Numbered from the whole stretch's first letter, positions 24,561 to 36,682 are shown. The stretch: DNA of 60,660 nucleotides, filler included, from Nemertoderma westbladi (GCA_032718475.1; 3 parts of 3 records of this genome joined end to end with filler, not necessarily neighbours in it), one strand, 5' to 3'. Made by a program: numbers and translations. The notes: generated from the letters alone by a model not told the origin.

Positions 24561-26569
24561 AACCGAGTAACGTTTACACCCACAATATACGTGGTTAACC
24601 ACTTAAACCATACATGGCCACTGGCAAGACACTGAAAGACATTTTAGTTAGAGCCAGTCTTACTAAAAACAGTGCAATTCCCACCCAAGCATGGAATGTT
24701 ACTGTTGTCTGCATGGCGTTAGCAACTGCACCGTTCAAAACATGATTTACGAAATTTTATACAATAATGTGAGAACATAGGCGTCAGAGAAAACTTATAG
24801 GGGAGAGTATTGGACGGATTAGGGATCGCATAATGAGTCTCTGCAACTCAGTTAGGAACGGTAACTATAAGGAGGCAATTGGTATAGATTATTTTGAAAA
24901 ACACCTGGGGAACAAGAATCACAAGGAGACTTTTCAGATTATTAGATATATATGTAAGGACGGGGCAGAGAGAAACATCGGGAGAAATACCTCATTAGAA
25001 GGGAACATCCACATTGCACATGAACAAACTAATATAGTAGACAATATGACAAAGGATGGTGACTCAAACTTGGAGCAATGTATAATAGTTAGCTATTATA
25101 TTAGTCAATTTAGTGGACCTCCGATATCTACTGTACTTTACATTATTGCATTTTAATAGTGGATTTTCAGTTATCTAAAGTACTTAGATAGGAATTTGAT
25201 TTTGGAAACTATGGTGACGGGCGGGTAGGCCAATATTGTTCTGTGAATCTTCCTATTTATCGTTATAAATATGCATTTGATTGTTTATATATATAATCCA
25301 GCTTGAAAGGGATACTGAACTAGAGAGAAACGAAATTGCGACAACTATGGAGAATCGGGAAGCCTGAAAGGATCTCACTTACTCTGTCCGAGTTCGCCCA
25401 ACCTAGTAGTAGTATGGTTGTTAGGGCAATGAACTACATTAATCATTAACAATTATCTACTAAGAATGACAGGCAATTAATTAACTGTCATTTTTTAAGA
25501 CTTCTTCAAGGCATTGCACTTTTTTATGACCATGCATGTTGCATGGTCCAAAAATTCAAGCCTATGGGATTCCTGATGAAATCATTGATGCAATTAGATC
25601 AGTTTAATACATGATCAATACCATCAATACCATTTTAGGGTTCATTTAGTTTGTTCTGAGGGGTGTCCTTCCAGGGGAGGGGAGGGGACACACTCGTCCC
25701 AATAATTTGGTTGGTGTAGAGATAAACCCCGGGTAGCGCTGTGGATCACCAGTAAAAGTAAAACATATTACAGATTTCGACTTTCCTGATGTCATTGGTG
25801 TTCCGCTGGGGAGAATGAAGGGAGGTACAAGCATATAAGCAAAAAGGTGCTACAAATTTATGTTGGCATTTCATTGCCGAAACTCAGCTTTAACATACAA
25901 TCCCTGATTACAGAAGTGTAATGGACAAAAAAGTTAAATTAATTGGCATAATGTAAGGCTATATATGTCAATATATAAATCATTGTTCTGTATATTGGCT
26001 TTATACAGTATATTAATCATTTGAAGATGAAAATGATTAATCATACTCATCAATTTATCAAGATGTAAGAGTGTCAGTGATTTGTGGAACTCCTATGGAA
26101 TGCTGTGCACAGATTGATGCAAGCAGAGGCCACATATTGCATTGCATATGTAAGAGGAATTGCGTTACTTATTAATCCGTGTAATCTTTCTGGTATTAAC
26201 TTTCCCACTGACCAACTATCTGAATTATGCTTAGATGGTTCCACTGTCGTTAATTCTCATTAAGCCATTCAATTTCCGAATTGGGGGGATCCGATATTTC
26301 CCTTTTTTAACTGAGCAACTGGTACGTTTGCACTTGAAATAGGTTGTTAATCCTTCTTCGATTGAAATCAATTAATATGAATAATTGAAAATAACAGGAA
26401 TGGATGGATTTTGAATGGATTTATTGGACACTATTTATTTTAACAGTATTTTCTTCATCACTAGATGGACCAGTGGATTTGATAATGGATATATGATAGC
26501 TATGGTTCATATAAATATATTACAACTCGTTTCATAATTTTTATATTGTTGTTGTCATAGTACATGTCA

Positions 26570-27120
26570 AAGTGCAGACGTCATACTTGGACGGCCCCTT
26601 AGGAGTACTCTCAGAATCACTAGAGGGAGCTCAGTGGCTCCTCAGCTCATTAGAACAGGCTACTTCTAGTGTTGTAGTCTTTTTTTAACTCCATGAAGAC
26701 CGATTATTTAGAGCAGCAGTAGTTCCAATTCTCCTCTGTGCGAGTCCATGCTGGGCTCTATCAACTGCTGAGGACACCAAATCTCTGGATGGCACGTTAA
26801 CAAAAATGCTAGGTCGGGTTCACTGTGTCAAGTTCAATACACACATCTCCAAAAAGATACTATATAACATTAGAGGTGTCCTCCAAGCTTGTCACTCGAA
26901 CAAAGCCGCCTCTGCACATTGTTTTCGCCGTGAGGAACAGCCTGTGCACAATCTTGTGCTTTGAACGGCCCCTTGAAGAAAATAAGCATGAAGGACAGCC
27001 CTTAACTTTCGTGAGACGCGTCCTACATGACACTGGCCTTGAAGAGGCGGATAATCTCGCCATGGTGGTAATCAAATCATGGTGGTAGGGAGTTGTGGCG
27101 GCGCAACTTTGTTGATAAGC
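26570..27120 (+). mobile_element. RTE-clade LINE 3' fragment
   Basis: From 26701: RLFRAAVVPILLCASPCWALSTAEDTKSLDGTLTKMLGR, then AHCFRREEQPVHNLVL and GQPLTFVRRVLHDTGL. This matches the RTE ORF2 C-terminal pattern (LLYGxExW...LDG.YTRMLR...GHCxR...GRP...DTG). Confidence 0.75.
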
Positions 27121-28029
27121 CGGCATAGCATTCTTAATGCACGCTGAATTGGGCTTGCCAATTGTAGATTGCATGGTGGTGGCAAAATTCTTTTGTTAAG
27201 CCGTAGCATCACAATGTGCAGTTTCAATGCAGTAGGCCGATTAAAGTAGTAGTAAACTATCTTGCACATCCTTCTTAACAAGTAAATTGTATAACTTATA
27301 TTTACTTACACCGTTTACTTATATTATTTATACACATACACCGGCATGCTGATGCATTACATCTGTATTTTTATTATCAATATTGAATTTATAATTGTTA
27401 TCAACGACTACTGCTGAAACTCCCAATAGAATTCCGATGTATTTTGATCATATTTATCAAGATCCTTCATAAATAGCAAACAGTGTATGTTTGCCATATT
27501 TACCAGGAATATTCAGTCAGTAAGTCTCATGTTGAGTTCACTGGCATAAAACAGTACAGCTGAGCTAATGTTACCCTAATGCATTAATCGCTACCCTAGA
27601 GAGACGAGACCATCAATATGCAATAAATATTCAGAGGACATGGTGCGAGAAATTAAAGATTTATGTTATTAAGTTTGAAACCGTGAAGTAGAATTCACAA
27701 AATACGACTGTGGATTATTCAACATAAAGGTTGTTTTTTTAAACTGATTGTTATTATCATCGGGTTTATATCACAGTAACTCTGTAAACTTTGAACCTCT
27801 GCTGAACTGTTCTGCAATAAGCCGTCTGAATTTAAAAAAACAATTAAATTTGTTTAATAGTTAAATGTTTTAATACATAAGTTTAAAATAAAGCATATTT
27901 GATGAAATTTGAATGACAAAAAAATTACACAAACAGTTAATGTGGGACACAAACAAAATTAATGAGGGATGCAAACTTGCTTGTCCGCTGATAATCCTGC
28001 AGTAAATATTTAATAATTTTGCCTACTTT

Positions 28030-28156
28030 TTTTGCCAAAACGTATCTTTTTGCCGTATCGCAAGTTTTTTGCAGAAAGGCATCTTTTCTCGAAACGCAAC
28101 CTTTTTTGCCGAATCGCAACTGATGCCGAAACGCGACAGTTGCCGAAACGCGAAGC
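28030..28156. repeat. Degenerate ~19-bp subterminal-type repeats (TTTTGCCGAAACGCAA)
   Basis: Six to seven imperfect GCCGAAACGC units; probably the end of a transposon. Confidence 0.6.
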
Positions 28157-28382
28157 AAATTTCTGAAATACCCCTTTAGCTTTATGGATTATCCTAATAT
28201 AGTTGAATGTACATTGAGTTTATCTTTAATTTAATTCACAAAATAACCCAATTTTATGGGCTTTTTCTTATAAAAGAGTAAATGCAAAAGACCACTTCTC
28301 ATGTAAGTATGAATTAAAATCTCAAAAAAATTTAACACGCAAAGGAACAGCTCGAATTCCGTTTTTACATTCCTACTATTCT

Positions 28383-29650
28383 AAGAAGAAGAGCTGTGGG
28401 TATCGTCGTTTAGCGTGCCCATCCCAAGTAGAAGAGCTGTGGGTATCGTCGTTTAGCTTGCCCATCCCAAGTAGAAGAGCTATGGGTATCGTCGTTTAGC
28501 TTGCCCATCCCAAGTAGAAGAGCTGTGGGTATCGTCGTTTAGCGTGCCCATCCCAAGTAGAAGAGCTGTGGGTATCGTCGTTTAGCGTGCCCATCCCAAG
28601 TAGAAGAGCTGTGGGTATCGTAGTTAAGCGTGCCCATCCCAAGAAGAAGAGCTATGGGTATCGTCGTTTAGCGTGCCCATCCCAAGAAGAAGAGCTGTGG
28701 GTATCGTCGTTTGGCGTGCCCATACCAAGAAGAAGAGCTGTGGGTATCGTAGTTTGGCGTGCCCATACCTAGAAGAAGAGCTATGGGTATCGTCGTTTAG
28801 CGTGCCCATCCCAAGAAGAAGAGCTATGGGTATCGTCGTTTAGCGTGCCCATCCCAAGAAGAAGAGCTATGGGTATCGTCGTTTAGCGTGCCCATACCAA
28901 GTAGAAGAGCTATGGGTATCGTCGTTTAGCGTGCCCATCACAAGAAGAAGAACTATGGGTATCGTCGTTTAGCGTGCCCATCCCAAGAAGAAGAGCTATG
29001 GGTATCGTCGTTTAGCGTGCCCATCCCAAGAAGAAGAGCTATGGGTATCATCGTTTAGCGTGCCCATACCAAGTAGAAGAGCTATGGGTATCGTCGTTTA
29101 GCGTGCCCATCACAAGTAGAAGAGCTGTGGGTATCGTCGTTTAGCGGGCCCATCACAAGTAGAAGAGCTGTGGGTATCGTCGTTTAGCGTGCCCATCCCA
29201 AGTAGAAGAGCTGTGGGTATCGTCGTTTAGCGTGCCCATCCCAAGTAGAAGAGCTGTGGGTATCGTAGTTAAGCGTGCCCATCCCAAGAAGAAGAGCTAT
29301 GGGTATCGTCGTTTAGTGTGCCCATCCCAAGAAGAAGAGCTGTGGGTATCGTCGTTTGGCGTGCCCATCCCAAGTAGAAGAGCTGTGGGTATCGTCGTTT
29401 GGCGTGCCCATCCCTAGAAGAAGAGCTGTGGGTATCGTCGTTTAGCGTGCCCATCCCAAGAAGAAGAGCTATGGGTATCGTCGTTTAGCGTGCCCATCCC
29501 AAGAAGAAGAGCTATGGGTATCGTCGTTTAGCGTGCCCATCCCAAGTAGAAGAGCTATGGGTATCGTCGTTTAGCGTGCCCATCACAAGAAGAAGAACTA
29601 TGGGTATCGTCGTTTAGCGTGCCCATCCCAAGAAGAAGAGCTATGGGTAT
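28383..29650. repeat. 43-bp minisatellite, about 29 copies, running into an assembly gap
   Basis: Unit AAGWAGAAGAGCTRTGGGTATCGTCGTTTAGCGTGCCCATCCC. Confidence 0.97.
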
Positions 29651-29750
29651 NNNNNNNNNNNNNNNNNNNNNNNNNNNNNNNNNNNNNNNNNNNNTTAATT
29701 AATTAANNNNNNNNNNNNNNNNNNNNNNNNNNNNNNNNNNNNNNNNNNNN
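29651..29750. other. Artificial contig-joining spacer (N44-TTAATTAATTAA-N44)
   Basis: 100-bp N run with a central 12-mer giving stops in all six frames; identical to 46169-46268. Confidence 0.97.
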
Positions 29751-30262
29751 GACACACCTGGGTTGTCTGTCAAATTGAACTTAAAACACAAAGAAATCGA
29801 AATCAATCAATAATCCCTCAAGCCAATCAGAAACAAGCAGGATTCCATGAGTTTTGAGTTAAACTTTCCCCAGCCCAGGGGTCTACGTTTGATACAATAC
29901 TATCTAGTTGAGACTAACCGATAGAAAAGGAATGCATAGCTCTGTACTAAGTAAGTACAAGTAGGGTGGGATACACAGCGGGTAAACCGTACGCAACCAA
30001 GAGGCCCCCAATTATATTACAACTTGGCCAATAAGTAACACCTTTTATTTTGCGGATATGAGAAGCTTTCAAACAAACATAATATTATTATGGTAACAGC
30101 CCGATAAATTAATACCAAATAGTTCGCCCTTCACACATGCCTCGCCTCACAACACTTTACTCGCTGCTTAAAATATTAATTATCTATGAAATTATGATAA
30201 TAATAATTGCATGATTAGGTTAACAGTTGGTACTGCGGCGGTTCTCTGCCGTAAGGGTCCAG

Positions 30263-31228
30263 CTACTGTACTTGGATCCCTTTAGCTCTACAGTCCGCCA
30301 CCAAGGCGATCCGTTGTTCGAGTAGAATCTGGGCGATTTGGACGGCGCTTGGGGTACCGGTAATGGTCACCTTCCGATTCTGCGTGCCCGGAATGAAGTC
30401 GCCCCGTTTACTGATCTGTATCTTGGAGCCGGAGTAGGTCTGGTACTGGTTGAGAGTTCTCCCTTTTTTCCCGAGGATCGCCCCTACTAGACACTCGGGT
30501 ACGGCCATATCCGCGGTCTGTATCGTATAGGTTGCGTCGCCGGGGCAACTCACCGAGGTGGCTGCGGGCGTGGTCGCGGAGAAACTCAACCCGAGGTTGG
30601 TCAACCCCAGACGGTCCTCCGACGACCCGGTCACCCCGGTAACCAGCTGCGGGGGCGGGCTCGGCTCTTTGCTGATGCCCAGGGACTCCAACCCGAAGGC
30701 GGATGTCCCCGTCTGGGGGCTCATCGAGCCGAGCAGACCGGACCACGGCCCGGTGCTGAGGTAGTTACCCCAATTCGCCGCCAGGGTCAGCGAATCCGAT
30801 GACGTCATCATGGGGGCGGTGTGGGGCGCGGAGATGGCGCCCCCTAGCGAGCATCCCATGGCCGCGGCTAGTGCCGTCTGATTGGTTGAGGGTTGTAACA
30901 ACTGGAACTGCGCCAATTGAAGTGGGTTCAACGGACTGCCGGTAGGGTCAGCGTTGGCTAGGTAGCCCTGTACATTGTTATTGTACGATAGATTCTGACA
31001 GGAACCCGATTGGGGGTCTAACTTTATCTTATCTATTACGTGGGATATAGCGGCGTCGATCTGTTCCAACTCTCCGGTTATCGTAATGACCCGCTCCGCT
31101 AGCTGGATGTTCTCGGGTTTCTGAGACATGATTATTTTCGCACCGGATTCGATCCCAATCTGTTTGATTGTAGTCCCGCCGCGCCCCAATATCAGTCCGG
31201 CCGTCGTATTGGGAACGATGATTTTGGT
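30263..31228 (-). CDS. Nova: Nova/pasilla-family RNA-binding protein, terminal coding exon (KH2, linker, KH3)
   Basis: Acceptor TTTTCAG|ACC (phase 0). TKIIVPNTTAGLILGRGG...SQKPENIQLAERV...DPQSGSCQNLSY is Nova KH2 plus its signature; VPECLVGAILGKKG...IQISKRGDFIPGTQNRKVTITG is Nova KH3. 966 nt including the stop. Confidence 0.95.
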   Translation of the reverse strand, partial: TKIIVPNTTAGLILGRGGTTIKQIGIESGAKIIMSQKPENIQLAERVITITGELEQIDAAISHVIDKIKLDPQSGSCQNLSYNNNVQGYLANADPTGSPLNPLQLAQFQLLQPSTNQTALAAAMGCSLGGAISAPHTAPMMTSSDSLTLAANWGNYLSTGPWSGLLGSMSPQTGTSAFGLESLGISKEPSPPPQLVTGVTGSSEDRLGLTNLGLSFSATTPAATSVSCPGDATYTIQTADMAVPECLVGAILGKKGRTLNQYQTYSGSKIQISKRGDFIPGTQNRKVTITGTPSAVQIAQILLEQRIALVADCRAKGIQVQ

Positions 31229-34200
31229 CTGAAAATGGAAAATTGAGTAATTTCAACAATTTTAAGTTTAACATAAACAAATAAATTAACATTCAATAAT
31301 AGCCAAGAAAATATTTATTAAAAATTCACAATGTCCAGCTCGGTGTCAGATAACACATTAACTAAGAATAGCCTCAGTACAACTGACATGAAATAGAAAG
31401 TTGTTTACTCTAATTACTTGTGTTTTGTGTTTGCAGTATATCTGACGATACAATCACGGCGTGTGAGTGATTTTTTTTCGCAGCGAGAATCAACGTAAAG
31501 AATGAGTAGTTAATAGCTGGAAATAAGACAAGGTTTACAGAGCCAAGGACAGTCAGGGTACTGCCTGCCGCCTGGGAAATTACAGAAAGAGCAATTAGTT
31601 TTGGTATAAAGGCCTATAGTTAGATAGCTAATTAGCACAGGGGCAACCGGTAATGGCCTTACTGCCAATTACAGGCAGTACCAATTACCTCTTAACATCT
31701 AATCCCATTGATTACAATGTTCAGGAAAGATATTCTCATTACCATAAGAAAATGAGTTCCACATCGGTGAAAGAGTAGTTTCCGTTGAGGACTCGAGAGA
31801 CCGACTGCTTTAGCAAATGAATAATTGAGAATGTTGACTATTTTATTTTCTCTAGTAAACCTCACCATCATTTCAAATGGCGTTAAATCTAAGTCTTTAG
31901 TGTATTTAACCAAGGCGTATAGTAAAAGTAAAATAAACAATATCATAATATTATTATGTTTTTTATTTTTTTATTTACTTTTTTGGGGGTGGGTTTGGAC
32001 TATAAATACATTTGACAAATCCCTGTTTTGTTAACAACTTAAATCAAAGAAATAAAAAATGTACAAGTCAAAACCAATAGGTAACCAAAAAAATGTAAAA
32101 TAAAAAAAACTACAATAAATAAATCAATAAGAATGTCTATAGACATAAAAGCATTTCCCAACCGTCGCTTATGCAATTAGCGACAAACCTAACTGCCTTT
32201 TATTGTGATGAACAACTGATGAAGGACCTACAGAATAGTTAAAATAAACAATAAAATGAGATAAAGTGAATGAAAGGAAAAAGTTAATGCAATTTGGATT
32301 AGGTAAATGAGTAACTTAGATTTCTGCTTTGTTTCCCTTAGATTGACTTATTAAGGCGACCCTTTCAATACAAAATATGACTAAGGAATTGATCTTGAGC
32401 CCAAAAGATACGGCAATAAGACGAGAAAGCAAGGCCGCTTGTGGGAGGGAATGGATGGGACACTGCGGGAGAAAATCGATGGAGGTAACTTTGAGTGGAC
32501 AACTGGAACAACAAGGAAAACAGGGGAACCACTCGATCAAAATACCCGGGGAGAACTAAGGAGGGAAACCTACCAACGGAGCTGTCAAAAATCCAGAGTT
32601 GAGGAGGGGAAAAGAGAAATTGTAATAATTAATGAGTCCGGCATACATAGCGAAGGAATATTGGGTTTCGGTAAAGTTTATCGCGTCACAGGGAATTACT
32701 CTTACATAGTCACGCGGCTATTCGTGTTTAGTTTCAGGTAATATTAGCTTAATAACTATCATCATTCATACCATACATAAAAGTAATGTAGTATGTAAAG
32801 ATACCGGTATACGTGGGAAATAATAACAGCATTGATACATAATGAGTTCCACGTCGGGAATACAAAACTGCACAAACAAGTTGGCCGATCGAGTAAACAG
32901 ATAAATGTTTAGCTGGTTCCTAAATTGAGTGCAAATATTGAACAGTTTATAATTAATAGTTGTTGCTGAGGAGGGGGCAGGAGTCCATTTTTGATGTTTG
33001 AACTCTGTTCGCAGAGCGAGATGGATATTGATTGATTTATTGGCGCGCCGGTTATTAATTCAATAATTATCCCTCCGGATGTGTTTGTGAACATCCCATG
33101 AAGGCGATTATATTTATTGAAGATGTTGGACAATTATTATTATTAATAGTGATAATGAATGGAACTCAAGTCATAATAGAAAATAATGTAAAACCAAACA
33201 ATGGAAATGGGCGGCTACTTTAATTGTATAGGGGAGACGGGGGTGGGGGGTGGGTTGTATTCCATCTCTGTCAATCAATATTTCGTCTAGTCGAATTAAC
33301 AATGTGACTTAAATATAAATTAGGGGGAAATGAGCAGGCTGCAGCGCCATGTAATTATAGCCAAAACAATAAACGTAAGTTAATTTAAGATATTTTAATT
33401 TTTGATAGTAATCAGTTGTTATATATCTGTGACGGTTTTCCCCGGAGAGGGGAAAGGAGCCGGTTACAGTGCCATATTATTATAACCAAAACAATAAACG
33501 TAAATTAATTTAAGATGGTTTAATTTTGGCTAGTTATCAGCTGTTATATGATTGAAAGTGTCACGTGACCCCTATATTGTACAAACTACAGGAAGGCACC
33601 AGAACTTATTCAATTACAATAATATGTTGTTAAGTAGAACTTGAATTATAATAATATATTACGAGCTGAACAAGTGACGATGCCCGTTTCTGGAATAAAA
33701 AATTACGATTATCAGAGAGAGTGAGATACAATTAGCTCGCATCATCAGCTAACTAACTATATTAGCTGAACGAACGCAACAGCCACAATACGTTCCCTTA
33801 GTCCCGAGGGAGTGGGTGAATCCACACGGCAACCAACATCTCCGCAACCACGACGAATACTTTATCGAGGGAGGTCGCCCAACATCGCCGATATGGGCGG
33901 GAGGGATTACTCGGGTTCGGCCTAATTAAATGGCAGCGACGGTGGATGGGCTTCCGGCGATGGGAGTAAATCCAAGCGTTTATTTGGGAATCCGTTGATA
34001 CCAGGGAGAACACATAGGGGGAAGTGTGGACCTCTGGGGAATATCGTCGAGATTGTTACAAGCTAACTGCCTACTAGTATATATGCATAATTGGGGAATA
34101 TTGTCGCCTGTAGGAGTATAAATGCAATCTTGAATGTTTCCTTATTGAATTTCTCTCGATGGTTGCCTTGCCCTATAACACCGACCACGCACACACCGCA

Positions 34201-35439
34201 TATTACAATATAATATAGGATAACCGACTGTAATTACAGTGAGCCTTGGGGGCAATACCGGTGTTACATTACTCGCCAAATCTGCGGAAATATCGACTGT
34301 AACGCGATACCAAAGCACACCATATGTTTCCTTGTCTAACTAATGATGTACACACCCTGCCCTAGGAATAGGTAGGTCGGGTGGGTATAGATAGATCTAT
34401 TGTCTCATCTTTTTAACAACAAGATTTGATGCGTTTCGTAACATAATTCACAATTTTGGAAAAAACTATTCCTGCTGTAAAGTAATTTCTGGTAACAAAT
34501 TCCAACAGAGGGTGCGGGGTGCTATGTAAGTTGTGTCAGTGAACCAAAACCAAATGACCCCCCAGAACAATCTGTCAATCATTGGGGTGGGTGACAGATT
34601 ATCAAATAACTATATATACCGATACTAAAATCAAAATCAAAGGGAATTAATAACAAAAACCAACAATGTGATACAATAGTTGGACGGTGGAATAGGAAGA
34701 TATCCCTTCGTGACTAGAATAATATAACACGATTTATACCACACTTGAAGAGAATACGACGTATGTTTGCATTTCGGATTCATCAAACATATAAAAGCAG
34801 GTGTGATCTCGATAATAATTAATCTAAGATAGGATTGCCATGCTACCAAGGTAACGAGTCACGGTAATAGGATTAACACGCCCTACCCTGTCCTACTCAG
34901 TGATTCAATAAAACAAAGAGAGTCAACCTATTAGATGGATAAAACATTGCAGCATCATTAGTATTCATAGTAGTGTTAAATTTGAATTAATAATTGATGG
35001 GAGTTTGCAAGGCCTGTCCCTGTAAAAGGTTGTATAATACAGAGAAATATGAGACAGATGGCAAGGGACAATGAAATAATGTGTCGGAGATATAAATACA
35101 CCTAAACTCATAAACCATCGGAATAAAATACAGGAGCAAACTCCGATAACCCAGAACACCAATAATAAAATAAATAACGCCCCGCCCAGTCAAGAATTCG
35201 AGTTGATTTATATTAAACCTTGTGAGTTGGGTTGTGGACAAAACTCAAATCTAATTTAGGTTATGATAAAGATATAATTTGCATTAAATCCCAGTTACAT
35301 ATGGTCGCATTATTAATTAACCGAGGTTTTAAATATTCCTAACTTTGTATTAACATTATTAACATTCCTTCACACTGAACAATTTTGAATTAATAATAAT
35401 AATTTAAAGTATAATACTGTACATATAAAAACGGATTGG

Positions 35440-36015
35440 GGATGGTAGGGATTCGGGATCGAATGACTGGAATATCGGAGGGATTGAAACTCGGCTCGAA
35501 GGGATTGGGTGTCGGAGAGATTGGGGAAGGAGGGATTGGGGCTTGGAGGAATTGGCATTGGGTGTCGGAGGGATTGGGGCTCGGAGGGATGGGGGATTGG
35601 GTTTCGGAGGGATTGGGTGTTTAAGGGTTTGGGTGTCGGAGGGATTGGGTGTCGGGGGGATTGGGGCTCGGAGGGATAGGGGATTGGTTGTCTGAGGGAT
35701 TGGGTGTTTGAGGGATTGGGTGGCGGATGGATTGGGTGTCGGAGGGATTGGGGCTCGGAGGAATTGGGGCTCGGAGGAATTGGGGTTCGGAGGGATTGGG
35801 ACTCGGAGGGATTGGGGCTCGGAGGGATTGGGGCTCGGAGGGATTGGTGCTCGGAGGGATTGGGGCTCGGAGGGATTGATTGGGGCTCGGAGGGATTGGT
35901 GCTCGGATGGATTGGGTGTCGGAAGGATTGGGGAACAGAGATATTGGGGATCTGAGGGATTGGGTGTCGCAGGGATTGTTAGATCGCAGGGATTGGAGAT
36001 GGAAGGGGTTGGGGA
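35440..36015. repeat. Degenerate 16-bp G-rich tandem repeat (GGAGGGATTGGGGCTC)n in the Nova intron
   Basis: Directly visible, about 30 imperfect units. Confidence 0.92.
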
Positions 36016-36053
36016 TCGAATTGATCTGTATCTGAAGATATTGTGATACTCAC

Positions 36054-36205
36054 CATTTTCTTCCGTTCTTCTGGTAAGGGGTTCTCTCCTTGTTGTTTCG
36101 CCCCGAACGCGTTTACACCTTCTACTATTTTATTCATTATAAAGGCGTGGATTTTATTGAGGACGTCTACACTCCCTTGAAGCAGAGCCACTCTTTCCCG
36201 CGTAA
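36054..36205 (-). CDS. Nova: Nova exon encoding the C-terminal half of KH1 and the KH1-KH2 linker
   Basis: Acceptor TTTCCACAG|TT, donor ATG|GTGAGT; 152 nt, phase 1 to phase 0, compatible with the 31228 exon. TRERVALLQGSVDVLNKIHAFIMNKIVE resembles Nova [28 protein letters not shown]. Confidence 0.9.
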
Positions 36206-36329
36206 CTGTGGAAATTAACAAGTAAAAATAATATAATAATATATAATTATACATTGCACTACCGGCACACCGACACGAAAACAAACCGCTGCACAAACTC
36301 AATCTATCGAATAAAATACCATTATCACC

Positions 36330-36682
36330 ATGTTAGTTTTTGTAACCAATATTATTGTAGGGTGTGTTGATAACAAAGCAGGCAGGCTGGTATGATTAAT
36401 TTATGGTATTCAACGGATACTTAGCACTTTGGAGACAATACACGTACCAGACTCAGCTGTATCAACGCGGTTTTATTACTACATATATCTGACTGCGGTT
36501 ATATATCTATGTTAGTTTTTGTAACCAATATTATTGTAGGGTGTGTTGATAACATAGGAGGCAGGCTGGTGTGATTAATTTATGGTATTCAACGGATACT
36601 TAGCACTTTGGAGACAATACACACCAGACTCAGCTGTATCAACGCGGTTTTATTACTACATATATCTGACTGCGGTTATATA
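36330..36682. repeat. Tandem duplication, about 179 bp x2
   Basis: ATGTTAGTTTTTGTAACC...GACTGCGGTTATATA starts at 36330 and 36509; the copies are near-identical. Confidence 0.95.

Larger units (their letters stand above)
18000..25000 (+). mobile_element. Decayed Penelope-like retroelement (RT thumb + GIY-YIG endonuclease), split by a satellite
   Basis: Left of the array: ELYIKPSNADIILNFYSSH...ASVQRAIRNSS...NKYPIQTI (PLE thumb, YxKPT..L.F.S.H...RA...NGYP). Right of the array: PFVIPYV, TLKDILVRA, NMIYEI (~24740) and IGESIGRIRDRI (~24797), i.e. GIY-YIG. Confidence 0.75.

Noticed and set aside
18527-24602. Many ORFs with MRTRHPYTQ, ENPAPLHPD or VPGSHLGVR repeats as a repetitive protein
   Set aside because: Frequent 26- and 29-bp units shift the frame throughout, with no sign of frame preservation.
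28383-29650. CRISPR-like array (also considered for 1208-2135 and 18573-24404)
   Set aside because: Head-to-tail repeats without unique spacers, no cas genes, and a eukaryotic context.
29695-29706. TTAATTAATTAA palindrome as a biological site (also 46213-46224)
   Set aside because: Centred in identical N runs; a synthetic linker.
30408-30764. Alternative-frame and antisense ORFs over the Nova exon (likewise those opposite the TRIM and Academ ORFs)
   Set aside because: Shadow ORFs of real coding sequence, with no recognisable motifs.
32215-32250. CTGATGA as a hammerhead core (also at 3144, 14850, 25574 and 42665)
   Set aside because: No appropriately placed stem II, GAAA and stem III.
35436-36046. 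Gly/Trp-rich ORFs on the + strand
   Set aside because: Translations of the 16-bp G-rich tandem repeat.
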